From positions 32,001 through 96,000 of IMG/VR virus record IMGVR_UViG_3300035498_000530: DNA of 64,000 bases; one strand, written 5' to 3'. Positions 57,905-64,000 of the stretch are shown here, one piece after another. The stretch is from a virus (Duplodnaviria; Caudoviricetes). The notes below the pieces were generated by a model that was not told the DNA's origin, searched no databases, and saw nothing but the letters and a program-made list of their open reading frames with translations. The first letter of the stretch is position 1, and each line of letters opens with the position of its first letter. The position numbers were made by a program, and so were the translations under genes.

Positions 57905-59107
57905 ATGAAAAAGAGAATTGCAAAATACGATTCCGATCAAATGGAGCAAATCCGTTTGGGATTGGAAGATGGTCTGGATGTAAGTTGGTATGCTGATCCA
58001 AGATATGATAGCGAGCAAATGAATCGTATAAGAACTGGTCTTAAAGAAAATTTGTATGTAAAATGGTATGCAAATCCAGATTTTAACAAAATGCAAATGA
58101 GAGAAATCATGATAGGACTTAGAAATGGTTTAGATGTAAAATGGTATGCTAAACCAGAGTTTAACCAATATCAGATGGAACAGATAAGATATGGACTTGA
58201 AGAAGGACTCGATCCAAAATATTATGCTGATCCTGCATATAAGCCATATCAAATAAAACAGATCATTCTCGGATTAAAATCCAAGGTTGATGTTTCTATA
58301 TATTCAGAGATCATTGAGGTTGAAGAAGAGGAAGATAAAGAAGAAAATAATACTTCTAATCCTTATTATGCTGGTATAGCTTTATTTGGAAATTCAGAAA
58401 ATAAATCTAATGATAAGAATGAACTTTTTACTTTTGATTCTGATAATAAGAATATTGTTAATATATATAAAGGAAAGGGGGTTATAGAAGATATATGTCC
58501 CGATTTCGATATTAATATAAATGATATTATTAATAAAAATCCAGAAGATTTAACAGATGATGAAAGATCTGTATTATTGGATATTAACTTATTTAGTAAT
58601 CGTAGTAGATATCTTGATGGAGACGATTCTTTTTATCTTGATATTAAGAGAATTATTCATGAGCGATTTGGAATTGAAGATTCTGATGATTATATCCATC
58701 AGATGATTAAAATATCTAGTTTATCTGAAGAGTCAGAAGAAGATGAAGAATATGAATCTAGTGAAAAAGATTATGAAGAATCTAATGAAGATAATTCTTC
58801 ATCTGAAGACGAAGATGCTGATGATACTTCAACTACAAAAGAGTCTCCTATAAAGAAAGTATTATCTTTCTTATCAAGAGGTGCATATAACGAAGATCAA
58901 TTACATCAGATTAATTTAGGAAAAGAGCATGGAGTTGATACTTATGTATATTCTGATCCAAGACTTAATGCTAAGCAAATGAAACAGATAAGAAAAGGAT
59001 TAGAAGATGGACTTGATGTATCACTATACGCAAAAACTTGGGTTGATCATAAGTACATGAAGAAAATGAGAAAGAAACTTAAGAAAGTGCAGAAATTTTT
59101 TGAATAA
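57905..59107 (+). CDS. Tandem 25-aa repeat protein (QM.QIR.GLE.GLDV..YA.P)
   Basis: About five N-terminal and two C-terminal repeats separated by an acidic insert. Confidence 0.7.
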   Translation: MKKRIAKYDSDQMEQIRLGLEDGLDVSWYADPRYDSEQMNRIRTGLKENLYVKWYANPDFNKMQMREIMIGLRNGLDVKWYAKPEFNQYQMEQIRYGLEEGLDPKYYADPAYKPYQIKQIILGLKSKVDVSIYSEIIEVEEEEDKEENNTSNPYYAGIALFGNSENKSNDKNELFTFDSDNKNIVNIYKGKGVIEDICPDFDININDIINKNPEDLTDDERSVLLDINLFSNRSRYLDGDDSFYLDIKRIIHERFGIEDSDDYIHQMIKISSLSEESEEDEEYESSEKDYEESNEDNSSSEDEDADDTSTTKESPIKKVLSFLSRGAYNEDQLHQINLGKEHGVDTYVYSDPRLNAKQMKQIRKGLEDGLDVSLYAKTWVDHKYMKKMRKKLKKVQKFFE

Positions 59108-59138
59108 TATGATTTTTATATAAGAAAGGAAGATTATT

Positions 59139-59966
59139 ATGGACAATACATTGAAAACATTTTATGCAGAAATAGGTACAGACGATTATATATATTCTGT
59201 ATCTCAATCAAAAGAGAAAGTATTAGCAGAAGCATTAAAAGAAAAGGGTCATTTTAAAGGAAGAGTTGCAAGGATTATAAGTATGCAACTTCCAGAAAGA
59301 GATATATATTATCAACCTATGTTAAATGTAACTCTCAATGATGGTGAACTTTTATATCAAATTTGTGAAAATGAAATTATAGATTCATGGGAAGATGCAG
59401 TAAAAAGATCTCATGAATTATATATTAAATATAATTCTAAAATTGATAAAGATTATACATTAGAAGAAGCAGTTTCTTATATGGAAGAATTAGAACCTGG
59501 TAGTGGGCTTTATATGGTTAATTTTGATGATCCTGAAAAGGTAATTAGAATAATAAGTTCATCTGAAAGAGGATGTGATATGAAATTAGGTAAGTTTTTA
59601 ACTGTAAAATTAAATGGAAAAACAATAGAGCCAATTACTTTATCTAATTTAAAGAAACGCATTGAGTCTATTAATAAAGAATCTAGAGATGATATTTCTA
59701 TAGGAATATCATATACTGTAGACCTTTTGCCAGAGGCAAAGTATAATGCCGATCAATTAAGAAAAATATTCTATGGTATTGAAAACGGTGTCGATATATC
59801 TAAATATTATGATCCAGAATTTGATGCTGATCAAATGGCTCAAATATATTTAGGCTTACAACATGGTATAGACTTATCGGTTTTAGGGCATGACTGTGAT
59901 TATACTAAAATGGAAAATATCAGGCTTCAGTTAGAAAAATTGTTAGAAAAGAAATCAGAAGAATAA
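59139..59966 (+). CDS. Fusion of SESKE domain and QM.QI..GL repeats
   Basis: SQSKEKVL...LPERDIYYQ at the N-terminus; YDPEFDADQMAQIYLGL at the C-terminus. Confidence 0.65.
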   Translation: MDNTLKTFYAEIGTDDYIYSVSQSKEKVLAEALKEKGHFKGRVARIISMQLPERDIYYQPMLNVTLNDGELLYQICENEIIDSWEDAVKRSHELYIKYNSKIDKDYTLEEAVSYMEELEPGSGLYMVNFDDPEKVIRIISSSERGCDMKLGKFLTVKLNGKTIEPITLSNLKKRIESINKESRDDISIGISYTVDLLPEAKYNADQLRKIFYGIENGVDISKYYDPEFDADQMAQIYLGLQHGIDLSVLGHDCDYTKMENIRLQLEKLLEKKSEE

Positions 59967-60056
59967 ATAATTATTAAGGGCTACCAATTTGGTAGCCTTA
60001 TATTTTTTGCTACTAAGGACATTATATTAAAAATACTAAAGGAGTATAATAAAATT

Positions 60057-60440
60057 ATGAATAAGAAAAAGAAGAGAGAATTTATAAATGGTCTTGATAA
60101 GTTAGATAATGAATTGAATGATAAGATTAGCTCTATAGACAATAATGTCAGAATTATGACTCCAGAAGGAATCAATAATCAGCTTAATAAATTATCTATA
60201 GTAGAATTAGAGTATTATGCTAATAAGCTTATAGCACATGCCGATGATGATACTATAGGAAAAATATTTAATTATCTTCAAGATACATTTAATATAGGAA
60301 ACAAAGAATTTGATGTCATATGCCCTAAGAAGGATAAGAGAGAGTTAATGGATTTTACTTTAGCTTGGTTTAAGAGTAGAAACGGAGAATCCATAAAACT
60401 TCTTATACTTAAATTTAAGGCATTAGAAGCAGTAGCATAA
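60057..60440 (+). CDS. Hypothetical protein
   Basis: AAGGAG RBS; upstream hairpin near 59976-60000. Confidence 0.55.
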   Translation: MNKKKKREFINGLDKLDNELNDKISSIDNNVRIMTPEGINNQLNKLSIVELEYYANKLIAHADDDTIGKIFNYLQDTFNIGNKEFDVICPKKDKRELMDFTLAWFKSRNGESIKLLILKFKALEAVA

Positions 60441-60455
60441 GAAAGGATAATTAAT

Positions 60456-60830
60456 ATGAAAGAGAAACAAAAATTTTATGTTTTAATAGATGATGATCAT
60501 GTTATTATAAATATATCAAAAAATAAGGATCTTATTTCTAGCTTGGTAAAAGAAGAGGAAGGTAAACGTTTACAAGAATGGAATATTGAAGAAGAAGATT
60601 ACTATTACCAGCCTGTATATTCTGAAACTTATACTGATAATAATTTGGAAGAAGAATATATCTACGGAGGTAAGATCTGTTCAACAAAGAAAGAAGCAAT
60701 AGAAGATTATCATCGATTATATACTAGCTATTATGAGAATGAAGATAATTCATGTGGATTCATTAATTTTATTTCTAAAGAAACTGATGGTGATGAATTA
60801 TATAAAGTCTTATATAGTGAATTTGTATAA
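60456..60830 (+). CDS. SESKE-domain family protein (divergent)
   Basis: ISKNKDLI...YYQP.YSE...ICSTKKEA; AGAAAGGA RBS. Confidence 0.6.
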   Translation: MKEKQKFYVLIDDDHVIINISKNKDLISSLVKEEEGKRLQEWNIEEEDYYYQPVYSETYTDNNLEEEYIYGGKICSTKKEAIEDYHRLYTSYYENEDNSCGFINFISKETDGDELYKVLYSEFV

Positions 60831-60943
60831 ACAGAGTACCCTAGTAGTATGAACTACTAGGGTTTATTTTTTGTATAATAGTAATTTTATCAATATATTA
60901 TAACTATGTATTAAATATATTTATCTTAAGGAGGATAATAAAA

Positions 60944-61474
60944 ATGGAAAATGTAAAAGACCTTATAAAGGATATCCATGATAATTTAAAACAAGCTTCA
61001 GCTTCTTCTAAGGATGAAGTTAAAGTTATGAAAGCTATGCTTAATGACAAAGACTTTACTGTAGATATCTATGGTAAAGATGGTAAGGTTGGAGAATATA
61101 ATCCATCTTCAGAAGTAAGATCTGCTATTGGTGGTATCATTGCTTCAACAACTAAGATTACTAAGACAGAAGCAGAAGGAATGATTGGCAATTATGAATT
61201 TAAGAATTCAGAAGCTGAAGCATTCGTTAATCTGTCTAAGGAGTATGTAAATACTTATCTTGATACAGGTAGAAAACTTTCACTTGGTTCAAGAAAAGAA
61301 TCAGACATCTCTCTTCTTAGAAAGGAAGAGAAAGAAGGATATGTATCATATCCTAAGAAGATTGGTGAAAAAGATGGTGTTGCTATTTATGATAAAGGCA
61401 AGACATTTGTTCCGGCACATAAAGGCATCAAAGTTATTTCACCTTGTCCAGAACATTTAAGATCAGATAAGTAA
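60944..61474 (+). CDS. Putative HU/IHF-like DNA-binding protein (divergent)
   Basis: C-terminal half EAFV...L..G.KLSL...RKE.KEG..P...FVPAHK.IKV parallels HU; own early motif and terminator. Confidence 0.4.
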   Translation: MENVKDLIKDIHDNLKQASASSKDEVKVMKAMLNDKDFTVDIYGKDGKVGEYNPSSEVRSAIGGIIASTTKITKTEAEGMIGNYEFKNSEAEAFVNLSKEYVNTYLDTGRKLSLGSRKESDISLLRKEEKEGYVSYPKKIGEKDGVAIYDKGKTFVPAHKGIKVISPCPEHLRSDK

Positions 61475-61477
61475 TAA

Positions 61478-61711
61478 AAACAAAGGGTTTCCCCATAGGA
61501 TTACGGTCCTATGGGGAATTTTATTTTTTGTGGTAGTATTTTTATTTTTTCGCAAATTTAATGAAAGGAAATTTTATTTTATGATCTTCGAATTAAGGAC
61601 TGCACCACAAAAAATAATTTTGTCGTCATCTGTTAACAACTTAATTTAATCAGGAGAAATTTCCAATGATGAACATACGAAAATACGGCTAACTAAATTC
61701 ATACATCCATT
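61478..61711 (-). ncRNA. Candidate late sRNA I (~234 nt)
   Basis: AACT-ATTATA-TA at 61722-61711; shares bidirectional terminator TTCCCCATAGGA/TCCTATGGGGAA 61489-61518; 14-bp stem 61521-61534/61604-61617. Confidence 0.5.
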
Positions 61712-61897
61712 ATATAATAGTTATGTTGTAATTTGTTTATTTTTTCAATTCTCAGAGTATTACCATAGGTATAATTAGAGCATTTCCATACATTTTATTA
61801 CTGCCAACATATTAGTAAATCACATATAAAAGGAGGATAGAATCCATTCTAGATAACTAATAAAATTATAAATATTGAAGAAAGGAGGACATATGAT

Positions 61898-64000
61898 ATG
61901 GCGTTGAAAAATGTTTCATCATATATCAAGAATTTAGGTAAATCTGTTAAATACGCTGCTGCAGATGAATTCGAGAAGAGAATGCCTGCGGCATCAGAAT
62001 TTGTGCAAACAAACCAAGAGTTGTTTCAAGAGATATATAAGTCTGCTTCAGACTTAAGAAAAACAGCTACACGTATTACTAGATCTATTCAGAAGTCTAA
62101 TGTATATGCTGCTGCTGATTCTGGTATCAAGAATGTTCTTGAAGATATCCAGACAGGTAAATTCTATAATAAAGAACGTGATGAAGATGTTGCTGCTAAA
62201 GTTCTTGGTCTTAATGCTGATGATTATTCATCTGATGAAGAATTCGATTGGGATTCAGATGATTTTGGTTCAGAAGGATCAAGCAGTAGTAGTAAAAGTT
62301 CAGGTGGTGCTGGTGTTAAAGTTGCAACTGGACTTAGTATTATGAGTGATACTACAAAAGCTGGTTCTACTATGGTATCAACTACTATAGCTAAAACTGG
62401 TATGGCTATTATTGACTCTAACAAAGCATCAACCAATTTATTATTCCAGCAGAATACTAGATTATTAAACAATCTTCATGCTAGCATATATAGTATGAGC
62501 AATGTTATTTCTGAGAATCTTGGAAATATGGGACAAGCATTTAATACTTATGCTGACAACAGCAAAATTTTCTATGAGAGTATGACTAAGAATACCAATG
62601 AAATCAAAGGTATGCTTGGTGAACTTCTTGAAATGGAAAGAAATAGATACGCTACAGAACAGGAGAAAGAGAAGAAAGGCAAAACTTCATATAGTGAAAT
62701 TGCTGGTGCTGAAGGTACTCCTGATCTTAAAGCTTATTTCGGTAGAGTTAAAGCTAATGCTAAAGGTATGGGTGGTATGTTCGAGATGCTTAATGCATTC
62801 GAAGGTAATGCTCTTGAATCTTTAGTATCATCACCACTCAAATTTATACCAGAAGCTGTTGTTAAAATGGCAGTCCCAGCTACAGTTGGATTTGCTATGG
62901 ATCAGCTTGATAAGACACTTAGCGGTGTATTTGGTAATATGATCAGCAAGTTCAATGAAATGGCTGCTGATGAAACAAGTGGTTTCCTTGCAAAGAACTT
63001 AGGAAAACTTCTTGGTATCAAGAATACCATTACTGAACTTAAGCCTACTAGAGTAGATGCTAATGCAGTTCCATTTGATAATGTAGTTAGAGAAGCAATT
63101 ATTACAGAAATCCCTACATATCTTAGAAAAATCTTGTCATATATTAGTGGCGAAGAAGAAATGATTTTCAATCGTGATTCTGGTTCTTTTGTAACTGGTA
63201 GACAGTTACAGGAAGAATTAGAGAATGTCGAAAAGAACGCAATATCTAGTGCATTTAGCGATTTCAATAGTGAACTCGATAATATGCTTAAAAAGATCAG
63301 ATTTGAATCTGGTGAATCTAGAGATAATTTCGACAAAACCAGAAAGAAAATTAATAAGTCACAATACCGACGTGGATTTGTTGGTAATATAAATAATATG
63401 GATTTTGAGAAAGCCATGGACTTATTCGGACTTGACTATAGTGACGAAGAGGCTTTCTATATCTATAAATCTTTATTTAAGAATGTTTCCAAGCAGAATA
63501 CAATGAAGCTTGCTGGAAATATTATGTCTGGTAGAGACAAGCAGAACCAAAGAATGCAAGACTTGCAGAACAGAGGTGTATATGGTGCTCTATCAAATAA
63601 TTCCAATGTAACGCAGTTTACTAAGGTAGACAAGTATGGTAATAACCTTTCTAAAGGTATAAAAGGATTAGCTTCAGGTAAAGATGCAGGTGGAGTATTA
63701 GGACTTGATAAGTATAATAATGATATATTCTATTATCTTAGATCATCAACTAATGAACTCATAAATCTTAGAAACGCAGTTACTATGATGATTAATGAGG
63801 GTTTAGTTGGAGGTGGAAGTTCTAAACGTAAAGGTGGAAAGAAGTACACATTTACTCCTGCTTCTGAAGACTTTAATATACAAAAGCAAAAGACTAAAGA
63901 TCCTACAAAGCTTAGTAAAGATCTTGAAAGAAAAGCTAAAGATAAATATACAGACGAAACTAAAGACTTAAAGAATAATAAAGACAAACGTAATAAGTTC
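61898..64000 (+). CDS. Giant late (virion; possibly tape-measure/ejection) protein, 3'-truncated; absent from the ORF track because it has no stop in the window
   Basis: AAAGGAGG RBS; MALKNVSSYIKNLGKSVKYAAADEFEK...; late motif at 61806; helical composition. Confidence 0.7.
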   Translation, partial: MALKNVSSYIKNLGKSVKYAAADEFEKRMPAASEFVQTNQELFQEIYKSASDLRKTATRITRSIQKSNVYAAADSGIKNVLEDIQTGKFYNKERDEDVAAKVLGLNADDYSSDEEFDWDSDDFGSEGSSSSSKSSGGAGVKVATGLSIMSDTTKAGSTMVSTTIAKTGMAIIDSNKASTNLLFQQNTRLLNNLHASIYSMSNVISENLGNMGQAFNTYADNSKIFYESMTKNTNEIKGMLGELLEMERNRYATEQEKEKKGKTSYSEIAGAEGTPDLKAYFGRVKANAKGMGGMFEMLNAFEGNALESLVSSPLKFIPEAVVKMAVPATVGFAMDQLDKTLSGVFGNMISKFNEMAADETSGFLAKNLGKLLGIKNTITELKPTRVDANAVPFDNVVREAIITEIPTYLRKILSYISGEEEMIFNRDSGSFVTGRQLQEELENVEKNAISSAFSDFNSELDNMLKKIRFESGESRDNFDKTRKKINKSQYRRGFVGNINNMDFEKAMDLFGLDYSDEEAFYIYKSLFKNVSKQNTMKLAGNIMSGRDKQNQRMQDLQNRGVYGALSNNSNVTQFTKVDKYGNNLSKGIKGLASGKDAGGVLGLDKYNNDIFYYLRSSTNELINLRNAVTMMINEGLVGGGSSKRKGGKKYTFTPASEDFNIQKQKTKDPTKLSKDLERKAKDKYTDETKDLKNNKDKRNKF

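Noticed and set aside
1046-63987. Numerous short ORFs antisense to or out of frame within long genes (e.g. 1046-1279, 14111-14413, 51990-52295, 62100-62345, 62902-63417)
   Set aside because: Shadow frames of well-supported genes, without RBS.
1-64000. Stop-codon reassignment
   Set aside because: Coding density is high under code 11, and TAA, TAG and TGA all end genes at sensible boundaries.

Overview
Very AT-rich window from a jumbo bacteriophage of the phiKZ/AR9(PBS1)-like type that encodes its own multisubunit RNA polymerase. AAGGAGG/AGAAAGGA ribosome-binding sites, an LL-H holin and an LPD28 protein suggest a Firmicutes (probably Clostridia) host. Layout: 1-15.3 kb (+) tail-fibre/baseplate and holin genes; 15.4-23.2 kb (-) hypotheticals plus the catalytic RNAP beta' N-half (ADFDGD); 23.5-28.5 kb (+) structural genes plus RNAP beta' C-half; 28.6-55.4 kb (-) PolB-like, kinase-like, Q/N-rich, RNase H, a block of paralogous early genes each behind a repeated promoter/structured-leader cassette, ThyX, dTMP kinase and a 1499-aa RNAP beta; 55.4-57 kb non-coding divergence point; 57-64 kb (+) early genes and the start of a giant late gene. 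Two promoter classes can be read directly: an early-type YATATTATA motif and a late-type AAC(A/T)-N6-T(A/G) motif matching the AR9 late consensus. Main novel candidate: nine ORF-less units on the minus strand, each starting at a late motif and (eight of nine) ending at an intrinsic terminator. Several carry anti-Shine-Dalgarno/anti-AUG segments, and one (50146-50283) is complementary to the conserved leader and start codons of the phage's own early genes. This suggests a phage-encoded sRNA system for early-to-late translational shut-off. One unit instead runs into G6-TA-G6 tracts that resemble an R-loop-primed origin. All analysis was by eye; no database searches or folding programs were run.
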